A stretch of 52,398 nt of DNA from Octopus sinensis (lineage: Eukaryota), in the NCBI RefSeq assembly GCF_006345805.1, contig NW_021834921.1, positions 1-52,398 on the forward strand, read 5' to 3'. Both the position numbers and the translations under genes were made by a program. The notes beneath the pieces are model-generated. The model was not told the origin of the DNA, ran no database searches, and saw only the letters and a list, made by a program, of their open reading frames with translations. Shown here piece by piece: positions 37,431 through 49,019 of the stretch (the stretch's first letter is position 1; each line of letters starts with the position of its first letter).

Positions 37431-39746
37431 AAATAGTTTCTATTCCACCCAGTTGAATACTCTGTTACCTATTCCACTTAAGTAGTCAGGGTTTATTATC
37501 CACCCTACTTTTATCATCTAAAAATTAGGATCCGTTCCCACACTATCCTCTACCAGGTTTCGGATTATACAGTGATTCCGACGAAACACGTCGATCTCTG
37601 GAGTATTGTGTTGCATATGTCTTTCCTTAAGTGTTCCGTGCAACATTGGTAGCATACATCTAAAGTATTTTAAAGCATCAGCAAAACCCACGCCACTATC
37701 TTTTCTCAAACGTCAGTAAGTGAATAAAAAAAACAATGATTTTCTTGATATTAGTGCCCGTTTAAAGTCAATGTACCTCGTGGATTTTGTACCATGGAGT
37801 CGATGATTTTCTTGGCTCTTAACTAGAAAAGGGTCAATGCTTGTAAAACATTTGGAAATTAAAAGACAAAGCAGGAGAAACTAGCATTTCAGAGCCTTTT
37901 AATATAAGGTACTGCTATTTAAAATGGTTCCTATCATATAGATAGGATCCATACGATTTTACAACATATTCCAGTCTTCAATGATAAATATACAAATCTT
38001 GCTGGAGAATTTCAAGTTGGATCGCTGTTCGATACTTGAAATGCGACAACCGAAGAACTGGAAAGCCCAAACCACCTAGAAAAATTTTACACCTAACCAG
38101 TGAGATGTCCGAACGAAACAACAGTTAGGGTTTGGAATTGTTCTGTTTCGCAAATATCTGCATACGAGCGCACATGCATACGAATACTTGTGCGTACACA
38201 TTTCCTACACCACACACACGCACACACACACACACTCACTCACTCACTCGCACACATATCTATATATGTGTGTTTACGTAAGATTGTGCCTAAAAATATA
38301 AAATATCTACACCCATGTGCATGTGTGTATTTATATCTCTGTATAAAGTAAATACACATATTTAAACATAAGGTTGCTATCAACACACACACACACACAC
38401 ACGCGCGCACATACACACACACATATATACACACATATATACGCACATATATCCATATAGGCATTAACACAACCTTATAGGAAGACATCGTATATTTCAT
38501 TAAATTAGAGTTCACTTTTAGATTTAGCAAATGTCTATGCATTTCATCCTAACCGTATTAGCTCGGATGGATCTGATGGTACCCTTACGTGTCACATCAA
38601 CCTGTCTAATTCAATATCGATCTGGCCTTTATTGAATAACACAAGCATCAGCACAGCCATTAGAGCTTTAGCTAGAATATCATGGATATTAAAAGGAACG
38701 CATCAACACCAACTCTCACGCTCTAACTTTTGCTATTCTCATCAATATCATTACTTACACTAGTATTATTAAATCAAGTCGAAACGAAACTAAAGAAAAA
38801 CAGTTCCATCTTCTATACAAGTTCTCATACCTCACCATTTGTAGTGACATCATAAATGTATCTTCATTTTCAAATACACGCACACACACAAGTACACAAT
38901 GACACATACATTGTTGCATACACAAATATTTGACGCTAAGAAGTTAAGAAAAGCAAATCTACCATCTTTCTTCTCCCATCTTTGTTTAACACCCGGCTTA
39001 CATCTCTATGCTCTAACCAAGCCCGTCTTAGCAGATCTCAGGGCTTCTTCGATATCTGCCTACGGGATGTACGTTGAAGCCCTTTCGTGTCTCATACGAT
39101 TGACTCCCAACCACTTCCTACGTCCCTACAAAAATCTTTTCCACCGAGGCATGATTGCTACTGACAAATTTTTCTCCCTTGCATGTCTCACCATTTTCCT
39201 GGAACTTCGGTACATCTAGGTCTTCCCAGTCTCCGTCAACGTGTCCCAATGTTGATGTTATTGCTACCCCGTTGTTTGTGTTGCTACGAATAAAAATCAT
39301 GTCTGTTTACTTCGCATGCTTCTTCTCATACGGACAGTGAAAATACTAGTGACGGTGATGGAGGTGGTAGAATTAAGATAAGGGGTATAACTGTTGTTGT
39401 TCTTACTCAACTAGCAGCTTTGATGACAATGGTGCGTATATATTGCTGTTGTTGTTATTGGAGTCGTTAATACGACTGGATAGATTAATATAGTAGCTGT
39501 CAACGTGTTTCCTTTATGAAATTTGAATCACTTGGATAAAGTTCTGTTTGTTGAAAGTGAAGTGTAGGTTTGCTTTTTCACTTCAGTTTCTTCCTTTATT
39601 TTATCTTCTCTTATTATCCTGGCTACATTGTCGCGCAATGTCATTTAAAATTTTGAATATTTTCGAAATAAAATGTAAATAATGATCTTAAATCAAATAA
39701 GGGCTGAAGGTCATTACCTAAAAAAATAAAATAAAATAATAAATAA

Positions 39747-40150
39747 TAGGCGCAGGAGTGGCTGTGTGGTAAGTAGCTTGATAACCAGCCTCATGGTTCC
39801 GGGTTCAGTCCCACTGCGTGGCATCTTGGGCAGCTGTCTTCTGCTATAGCCCCGGGCCGACCAATGCCTTGTGAGTGGATTTGGTAGACGGAAACTGAAA
39901 GAAGTCTGTCGTATATATATACATATGTATGTGTGTGTGCGTGTGTCTGTGTTTGTCCCCCTAGCATTGCTTGACAACCAATGCTGGTGTGTTTACGTCC
40001 CCGTCACTTAGCGGTTCGGCAAAAAGAGATCGATAGAATAAGTACTGGGCTTACAAAGAATAAGTCCCGGGGTCGATTTGCTCGACTAAAGGCGGTGCTC
40101 CAGCATGGCCGCAGTCAAATGACTGAAACAAGTAAAAGAGTAAAAGAGTA
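39747..40150 (+). mobile_element. Full-length family 1 SINE
   Basis: TAGGCGCAGGAGTGGCTGTGTGG head through (AAAAGAGTA)2 tail. Confidence 0.92.
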
Positions 40151-40225
40151 ATGAAACCCTGAGAAGGCTAGCAAACAACATGTATCCCTGCATAATACAT
40201 CTCACTTTCTTAGTCAAACAAATAT

Positions 40226-40245
40226 TATTATTATTATTATCATCA

Positions 40246-40276
<31 letters not shown>

Positions 40277-40356
40277 CATTATTGTTTATTATATTATTAT
40301 TATTATTATTATTATTATCATTATTATTATTATCATTATTATTATTATCATTATTA

Positions 40357-40390
<34 letters not shown>

Positions 40391-40422
40391 CATTATTATT
40401 ATTATCATTATTATCATTCTTA

Positions 40423-40455
<33 letters not shown>

Positions 40456-40469
40456 TATTATTCTTATTA

Positions 40470-40507
<38 letters not shown>

Positions 40508-40552
40508 CATCATTATTATCTTTCATTATTATTATTATTATCATTATTATCA

Positions 40553-40586
<34 letters not shown>

Positions 40587-40588
40587 TG

Positions 40589-40627
<39 letters not shown>
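40226..40627. repeat. ~400-bp (TTA)n tract immediately 3' of the RLE element
   Basis: Directly visible. Confidence 0.95.
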
Positions 40628-40628
<1 letters not shown>

Positions 40629-42495
40629 TATGTTTGACTTTTGCTTTTATTTTGTACAAGTTGGCTCCAAGTCTCACCCAGAGACCTCAAGAGACACAGG
40701 TTGGAAGTTCGTGTTGTTGTTATGCCTAGTGTGCCATATATTTGGTTTTGTATTTAGTGTTGTACTAGTGAATGTCTAAAAAAACCCCAAAAAAACCCCG
40801 AAAATTATGTTTGTTTTAAAACTTGAGATTACATAGAAAGTATTTTGCGTAGGATATGAGCAGTACCCATGAGCACTATCTTTTGAATTTCTACCATTTT
40901 GGGGTTTCCTAGTATCTGAGTTAGGTAGCGATCAGCCCCTTTTGCTATTATTCCCAGGGCACTTATGACAACAGGTATTGTTATAGACTTCAGGTTCCAC
41001 ATTTTGCTGATTTCTATTTCAAGATCTTTATATTTGCTCAGTTTTTGGTAGGTCTTGACAAATACGTTTATATCGATTGGGACAGTCATATCAATGAGGA
41101 AGCATGTTCTTTGTTTGAAGTCTTTCAGTATGATGTCTGGCCTATTTGCATCTATCTTTCTGTCAGTTTGAATGAGGAAGTTCCAGATGAGTGAGATGTG
41201 GTCATTGTCAAGCACTGGAGGTGGTTTGTGTTCCCATCAGTTTTTTTCATGGGGCAAATCCAGGTTTTTACAGATTACCCAGTGAATATATTGTGCAGCT
41301 TTATCATGCCTGTTGAGATACTCTGTAGGCGCTAGAAGACTGCACTTGGAGACAACATGATCAATGGTTACATTTTGTTGTTGACATACACGACATGTTG
41401 GGCTACTGCCGTTCTTTAATATGTTGACCTGGTAGTTCCTTGTTGGTAGGCATTGATCTTGAGCTGCTATGATAAATCCTTATGTTTCAGATTTTAAGCC
41501 AGAGGCCATTAGCCATTGATGGGTCAGGGCTTTGTCAACATCTGCATTATTCGCTCTTTTTGGGTATTTGCCATAGAGAGGTTTTTCTTGCCATTTATTA
41601 TTCAGAATATCTAAGGCAGCAGTTTTAGCACGGGTTTTCATGCGCCTAGCTTTTTCTGCGCTTGTTTCTTGTATGCCTAATTCCGAAATTTGTTGTATTC
41701 GGAATTCACTTAGATATTCCTTTGCCTGTTTTGTTACTGAGTATGATGCTTTCTTGTTTTCATGTTTTGAGACAAGTTTTAACATCCAGTCCTCAGACAT
41801 TTTCAGGTAGGTGTCTAGGCCAATTGTAGCAATCTTCATTGTTATTGTCAGTTGTAAAAGTCCACGGCCTCCCTCTTTTCTTGGCAGATAAAGTCGTTCT
41901 ATATCTGCCTTAGGGTGGTGCATTCTATGCATTGTCAACAGTTTTCGTATTTTTTCTGTGAAGATTACATATTTCAGTAATTGACCAGCTAACGATATTG
42001 AAACTGTATGTCACGACTGGTATGGCTAAAGCATTGGTCGCTTCGATCCTGTTTTCTCGCATTCAGCTCTGTCTTGAGTATTGCTCTTACTCTGCGATAA
42101 CATTCACTCCTGATCCTTTCCTTCATCACTGAATGCCTTATTCCGTCCCCTTCAATTACCCCTAAGTACTTGTAGCTCTCCGCTGGGTCTAATTCTTTTA
42201 TGACATTCTGCTGGTCAAGGTTAACGTTAGATGTTTCTGTCATTTTTCCTTTGCACATTTATCGAGGCCAAATTGCATTCTGATGTCATCACTGAATTGT
42301 TTAACAATCGGTAGTAAGCCCTTGAGTTGTTGGTCATTTTTTGCAAAGAGCTTTAAATCATTCATGTAAATGAGATGATTTATATTTTTATCAAACATTT
42401 TATATCCGTACTGCGCGTCATTGAGCAATTTTGAGAGAGGTATTAAGGCTAAACAAAAGAGGAGTGGTGATAGTGAGTCACCCTGGAAAATGCCT
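40628..42495 (-). mobile_element. 5'-truncated R2-superfamily (R4/Dong-like) non-LTR retrotransposon: RT + CCHC knuckle + restriction-like endonuclease
   Basis: GIFQGDSLSPLLF, HLIYMND (mutated YMDD), FGLDKCAK, YKYLG, RLYLPRKEGGRGL, CRVCQQ...HVVSKC, NRPDI...LID...K.SKYKDL; stop at 40829. (TAA)n lies on both sides. Confidence 0.92.
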
Positions 42496-42517
42496 ATTAT
42501 CATTATTATTAATATTA

Positions 42518-42567
<50 letters not shown>

Positions 42568-42571
42568 TTAA

Positions 42572-42785
42572 AAAGGTGATGAGCTTGCGGAAGCGATAGC
42601 ACGACAGCTTGCTTAGCAGCATTTCGTCCGTCATCACGTTTTGAGTTCAAATTCTGCTAAGGTCAACTTTGCCTTTCATTGTCTTGGGATCGGTGAAAGA
42701 AGTACCAGTTGAGTACTGGGGTCAATAAAATGGGCTTATTCCCCTACTCCTGTAAGTGCTGGCCTTGTGCCAAAACTGAGATTAT
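42572..42785 (+). mobile_element. Diverged family 2 SINE
   Basis: GAGTTCAAATTCTGCTAAGGTCAACTTTGCCTTTCAT core; GGCCTTGTGCCAAAA tail. Confidence 0.75.
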
Positions 42786-42816
42786 TACTATTATTATCAT
42801 TATTATCATTATTATT

Positions 42817-42960
42817 GGTGTTTTTCTTAAGAAGTTGGCGGTACCCATGAGAACATTTTTTGTAGTTCTGTTCCGTTAGGGCTACCTGATATGTAGCCAC
42901 AGTGTTTCAATGCGCTATTTAGTATTATGTCCAAAGTTCCAGTGATCACAGGTACAGTTG
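42817..42960 (-). pseudogene. Second, older R4/Dong-like endonuclease C-terminal fragment
   Basis: Minus: TVPVITGTLDII...ELQK/NVLMGTANFLRK, homologous to the C-terminus IPVVISALGII...IQKIVLMGTAHILRK at 40829; runs directly into (TAA)n. Confidence 0.65.
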
Positions 42961-43254
42961 GAGGGCCCTATGTCAGTGTCCTTCTATTTACTTCACTTTT
43001 TAAATGTTTTTAAGCTACGTTTTTCTTAGATTGACTCTGAATAGACATATTTTTGCCACGATATCTAGTTTTTTATACTCTTAGACACGATCACCTTGTG
43101 TTCTACTGAAGTCCCAATGAAAGTTGATATCTTTGTTTTTCTACTAATTTTTCTCGTGGTGTTCTTAGTAAATTAGGCGATTATAAGGTACCAATAATTG
43201 CTAGGACTGGATAAGTAAAAGAAAAATCCCGTGTACACATATGATACACATGTT

Positions 43255-43294
43255 TCTCTGTCTGTCTGTCTGCCTAGATGTCAGCCTATCTGCT

Positions 43295-43388
<94 letters not shown>

Positions 43389-43397
43389 CCTACCTAC

Positions 43398-43447
<50 letters not shown>

Positions 43448-43478
43448 CTATCTATCTATCTATCTATCTATCTATTTA
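43255..43478. repeat. (TCTG)n/(TCTA)n tract
   Basis: Directly visible. Confidence 0.95.
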
Positions 43479-44499
43479 CAAGCATATAGATAACGCAAAT
43501 GGGCTGAGGTGCACTACAGTTGTTTCAAACATGTTTTATTGGTGAATATATTAATTACATCGTGTAAAAGAACAGTTTACTTTAGGTGAATTTAAAAAAA
43601 TAAAATTTAAAATTCAGAATTTTTCACACAAATAGTATAGGAAGCATAGTGGCTCCCTCATCTGGACAGCATGCTGGAGTACACTCTTGTGTGATTTTAG
43701 ACATAGGCTGGATGTATTTAGCCTATACTATACTGTGGATTACAGGATAAACAAATCCGTATATCCTTTAAGAAGTACGTGAGTGTCCGTACACACTGTA
43801 AATACGCTGGTATGCTATCCTCGATTCTCCCTTGGTGCGTTTGTTATTAAAATACTTCGATTCTATTGGATCCTGAAAATAAGTATACACACACATTATA
43901 CACACACACATATTATGTATGTAAGCATGTATATATGAATGTATGTGTGTGTGTTGTATAATGCTTACATACATATATATTCATATACACCTTGTTTTAA
44001 TTATTGTGCTTCATTATATTAATTATTCTGTTATTATGCGTTTTTATGAACTTTTTAATCGTCCCCACCCATATATATTCTATAATGCTTTTCATTCTAT
44101 ATTGCACCTCAGGACCTGCCTAAACTTCATTGTATTTTCACTATATTTAATGAATCCTTGTGGCTAATAATGTTCTCGTTCTTGTTGTTGCTGTCATCGT
44201 CGTCGTCGTCGTAGTCGTTGTTGTAGTTGTGATTATTATTATTGTTGTTATTCTTCTTATCGAAATTTGACTCGGGTTACAAAATATGTTAATGGTCACT
44301 GGTAAATTAATGAGGTTAATTTCGACACGGTTTTTAAGAAACTCTATCTTATCGTCAGAATAATTTTTGGGGAAAATGGGAAATATAATGGGTAGAGTCG
44401 TATAAGTAAAACGGAAAGGGATGCCTAGTAAAAAGAAACAAAACCAAAAAAAAAAAAAAAAAAGAAAAGCAGTAACAAAAAGCAACAAAGACAAAATCT

Positions 44500-44652
44500 A
44501 TAACAACAATAACGATAATAATAATAATAATAATAATAATAGCAGTAATAGTGATAATAATAAGAATGGTGATAACTGTAACAATAATAACAACAATAAC
44601 AATAATAATAATAATAATAATAATGATAATATTAATAATAAAAATAATAATA

Positions 44653-44683
<31 letters not shown>

Positions 44684-44772
44684 TAATAATAGCAATAATG
44701 GTGATAATAATAATGGTGATGATAACAATAACAATAAGAACAACAATAATAATAAGAAGAATGGTAATAATA

Positions 44773-44812
<40 letters not shown>

Positions 44813-44825
44813 CAACAACAACAAC
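44500..44825. repeat. (AAT/AAC)n tract
   Basis: Directly visible; source of the poly-N and poly-I ORFs. Confidence 0.95.
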
Positions 44826-45463
44826 ACTGACATCCATTGCTTTTGTCAATACAAAAAGTAATAGTAAAAAAACAAAACGAAAAATAGTAACGAAGAATTT
44901 AATATCGTACGTCACATTTACCCAGTCTTTAAGCAACAATAACAACAACAAAACAAAAACAAAAAAAAAAAAACAGAACAGGCACGACCAACCTATGAAA
45001 AATAAAATAACTAAAAAAAATAAAGATTATACAATAAAAAAAAATAAGAGCATAGCGCAAATGAGACACTGGGGTTAATGGATGGGGTTGGAGTCCCAAA
45101 ATGCATTTCGGTTTAATGTATATATTATGTGCCGTTAATTTAATTCATACTGTAACACTGTTCGCTCCATTAAAGCATTATCTAGTATCTTTTGTTCGGT
45201 TTGTCTACGTGTTTTTTTTTATGTTTTATTCATTTGTATTTATAGTATATTTTTGGTTCTTTTTTTTTTGTTGTTGGTGGTGGTGGTGGTTGTGGTGGCA
45301 GAGGGGGGTGTTGGCATATTTGAATTGGCTTTGTCCTGTTCTGATTTCTGTTGGAGAATTTTGTTGGTATTTATTCCTTATTGTGATTGTTGAGTTTGTT
45401 GTGGTTGTTGTGGTTGTTGTTGTTGGTTTAATATTTGTCAACGTTTTCCCTCATCGAGTATTT

Positions 45464-45496
<33 letters not shown>

Positions 45497-45499
45497 ATG

Positions 45500-45530
<31 letters not shown>

Positions 45531-45918
45531 TATATCGGCGTACGTACACTTTGGTCTCTTATATGTAAGTATATATATATATATATTTATATATTTATAT
45601 ATTTATATATATATATATATATATAGATATATACACACACAAGTAAATATATATTTATGCATATTTTGTATATACATGAGTGTGTGTTGTGCATATTGTA
45701 CATGCGTGCATGTGTGTGTGAATGTATAAAAACATTTGTATGCATACACATGGATATATAGATTTATGCAAGCATATATATCTATAGGCCTACAAACACA
45801 TTTTGCCGCGCATTTAACAATATATACATACACACACACATAAGTATAGACACATATATATATATCAATATATATATATATATATATCTATGCATATATA
45901 TGTGTGTGTATGTTTATG

Positions 45919-45950
<32 letters not shown>

Positions 45951-46502
45951 GACCTATACATACATACGAATATATATGTATATGTATATTCTATATATAT
46001 ATATATATATATACATACATACACACAGAGTGTGTGTGTGGTTTGGCAAGTTATATGTTAAGAATGGCTCAATGCCATTATAATCGATACACCAGTATGA
46101 AAGGAATGAAAATAAACATAAGTAAAACGTGGCCCATTCTTAAAAATTAACCTTTCACACTGTATGTTAGAATGTCTAGTTCTCCTCTCGTACATGCAGT
46201 CAGTATGCATAAGTGTTGAAGCATCCGAGTTTTAGTGTATATATATATATATATACATATATGTAAGCAAAACAATATACATACACAAATCTATGTATGT
46301 TAAAATGTATCCATATTCTTTTATTTTACCCTTTTACTTGTTTCAGTCAGTTGCCTGCAGCCATGCTGGAGCACCGCCTTAAAGGGTTTGTAAGCCTAGT
46401 ACTTATTCTATCGGTCTGTTTTGCTGAAACCATAAGTTACGGTGACATAAACACACCGGGATCGCTTGTCAAACGATTGCAGGGGAACAAACACAGTCAC
46501 AC

Positions 46503-47140
46503 AAATTTCGGTATGTGGTGAGGGAAATTTTGCTGAACCCTAATTATAATTATGCTCATAATTATAGAATTTTTGTATAAGTTTAACGACAATGGTTCGT
46601 TTAACATACCGAACTACTTGGTAAAATTATTAATTACTAATTGATTAATTAATTTTACCCTTTTGTATTATTGATAATATAATTCACTTCCTGATAGTAA
46701 ATTACACTTTCTGCGTGAATTACACGAGGCACACGTGGGTGATTGAGGAGGAATGCGAGATCTCATTCGTCTGTTTGATTTCAGAAGCACTGGTTTTTGG
46801 ATATATGCACTTTGATGATGCTTGGTCGAATACGCATGTTAATGATCAGTGCTCTCAAATTTAAAAGTTGAAATATTGTACTGAGGAAGGGAGTAAGTGA
46901 GTAGAAATATGATATTACATCTTTTTACATCTATTTAACCCCGAAACGCGTATACAGTTAATGACAGCTGGGTGGATTCGTTATTTTTACTCTTTAACTG
47001 CGTGAGATGTAGAGTACTGCTGTCTGGGGGATATCTTATAGTAGTAGAATAGTATTTTAACTGCTATTTCTAAATTTTGGTATGTGGTGAAGCAAATTTT
47101 ACTGAATACTAATTATAATCATGATCATAATTACAGAATT
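46503..47140 (+). mobile_element. ~640-bp hammerhead-containing insertion with ~68-bp direct terminal repeats (retrozyme-like / non-autonomous PLE-like)
   Basis: Direct repeats at 46503-46571 and 47072-47140 (period 569 bp); internal HHR at 46875-46958; no ORF. Confidence 0.68.
46875..46958 (+). ncRNA. Type-I HHR with canonical CUGAGGA core and extended helix II
   Basis: ATTGTA-CTGAGGA-A-GGG[AG TAAGT GA GTAGAAA...TTTTTAC ATCT ATTTA AC]CCC-GAAA-CGCG-T-A-TACAGT. Stem I 6 bp, ACGCGT palindrome, GUA cleavage triplet (cut after 46952). Confidence 0.8.
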
Positions 47141-47789
47141 ATTATTTTTGTGTATATATACATATATATATATATGTATGCATGTATGTATGTATGCATG
47201 TATGCATGTATGTATGTATACGACGCACGTCATTCAGTTTCCGTCAACCAAATCCACTCGCAATGGTTTAGTCGGCCCGAGTCTATAGTAGAGGACGCCT
47301 CCCCAGGACCCACGTTGTGGGACTGAACCCGGAACTATGTGGTTAGGGAGGAAGCTTCTTACGACACAGCCACACCTGTTATATATATAATTAATTTATA
47401 CATTTCTATGTATGTCTTTTGTGTATGTACTGGTCTTCCTTCTGTCTGTCTCTCTTTCTCTCACCCTCTCTCTTTGCATATATATATATATATATGAAAT
47501 GTAACGTGTCTTGAATGGTACAACAATGGCACAACAATGCAGAATGGACTATAATAACTGTTATAAACTAATTATTCATACTCTGATATGATATCTTTCC
47601 GAAAATAAAAATTCTTCAGATATCGCTAGGAATTGATCGAGTCATTGCTACAAACGATTTTCCACCACCAGTTTTCATTGCTTTAGTCTTCTGATGAATG
47701 ATCGCGCCCGCCCGAACGTCAGGGTTCCTTCTATTTGTCCTAACCATTTCGTCTTCTTTTTGTGCCCATTGACGATTGTAATATATATA

Positions 47790-47825
<36 letters not shown>

Positions 47826-47891
47826 AGGTCCCGGGTTGATCCGGGGTTAACCACAGTAAGTAAGGTACTCAATACTAGCAGAGTAAAATTA

Positions 47892-47963
47892 ATTTATTAT
47901 ATAGAAGGAGCTTCTACAGGACTAGTACTGTTTCATTCAAGAGAAATCTTCTATATAATAAAT
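47892..47963 (-). ncRNA. Truncated HHR (3' half) enclosed by a perfect 16-bp inverted repeat
   Basis: Minus: ..AGAAGA-TTTC(tctt)GAAT-GAAA-CAG(tactagtc)CTG-T-A-GAAG. The 5' core and stem I strand are replaced by the IR ATTTATTATATAGAAG / CTTCTATATAATAAAT. Confidence 0.5.
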
Positions 47964-47990
47964 AAAATATATATATATATATATATATAT

Positions 47991-48180
47991 AACGGGAAGG
48001 ATTACGAAAATAAACAACAGACGAAGGCAGGTGGAGTACAAACAAACAATTGTATTAGTATGGCGCTCAGGAATAGAAATAAAACAAGTCTTTTACGTTT
48101 CGAGCCTACGCTCTTCAACAGAAAGATGCACAGAAAAAAACAAGGAGAGAAAAAAATGCCTGTAGGAGCTAACGGCCCAT
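47991..48180 (-). mobile_element. Short hammerhead-bearing element abutting (TA)n, related to 33394-33585
   Basis: Shares AAGTCTTTTACGTTTCGAGCCTA(C/T)GCTCTTCAACAGAAAG and flanking similarity with the 33.5-kb copy. Confidence 0.72.
48090..48125 (-). ncRNA. Minimal type-I HHR motif, variant core CUGUUGA
   Basis: Minus: CTTT-CTGTTGA-A-GAGC(gtag)GCTC-GAAA-CG-T-A-AAAG. Confidence 0.72.
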
Positions 48181-48445
48181 GTGTGAATGTGAACGTGCGT
48201 GTGTGTGTATATATGTGTATATGCATATATATGTATGTACGTAGTTATGTATGCGTGAATATATGTATGGATGAAGAAAGACGAGGGAGAAATAATTTAA
48301 GAGAGAGAGAGCGAGAGAGAGAGAGTGAGAGAGCATTTCTTCTCTAAGCAATGTTTAATTCATTCGATATGCGGTTTGCTTGCTATTTAAATAGTCACAT
48401 AATTATGCGTCTCAGTAGCAATTTCTACCTTTAATACTCGCACAG

Positions 48446-48494
<49 letters not shown>

Positions 48495-48563
48495 ATATAT
48501 ATTATACACATCTATATATATGGACATATGAACACGTATACTTATAAACATTCTTCTCTTTCG

Positions 48564-48608
<45 letters not shown>

Positions 48609-49019
48609 ATACTTTCTCACACACTTGAGTGTATATACATATATTCATGATTCTCTAAGTGTGTAATCATTAAGCACAATATGAATAAACACATGAGAAA
48701 GCTATCAGATGATTGTGTAATAATTTGTATTGCAACTAGTTAACATCTCATTACATTTCGTATTATTTGCAATAACATTCAAGAACTGATCATCGTCATA
48801 TTATCTATGAAATTATATGAAAGGTAATAATCGCTCATAGGCCGGACATATGTTCGTATAAATGCTTCAAATATTTACACATGCACACATACATGTATAC
48901 ATGTGTATTCGTGTATATATATATATATATATAAGAGAGCAAAGTGTACGTACGCCGATATATACTTATATATATATATATATATATGTAAAATACAAAA
49001 TGAGACAAGAACGCAAAAC

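Larger units (their letters stand above)
46321..47378 (-). mobile_element. Family 1 SINE split in two (3' half 46321-46502; 5' half ~47145-47378) by a ~640-bp insertion
   Basis: The left part ends at ...AAACACAGTCACAC, the start of the family's internal microsatellite. The right part resumes with microsatellite then CGACG...CAGTTTCCGTCAACCAAATCC. Confidence 0.8.

Noticed and set aside
38509-38760. 84-codon stop-free plus frame after a TTTTAG acceptor-like site
   Set aside because: No recognisable domain or donor; the length is attainable by chance.
38960-39300. Possible minus-strand LINE remnant
   Set aside because: Some GC-richer, protein-like text, but no diagnostic motif could be read.
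47590-47730. Two further HHR-like strings (minus CTGAAGA near 47620; plus CTGATGA...GAACGTC near 47690)
   Set aside because: Helix II cannot form in either, and the second lacks one A of GAAA; at most decayed relics.
34-48620. Most ORFs in the supplied track (YI/IY, MYVC, HT, poly-M/I/L/S/R/N, F/L/S-rich)
   Set aside because: They are translations of di-, tri- and tetranucleotide microsatellites or purine tracts and contain no domain motifs.
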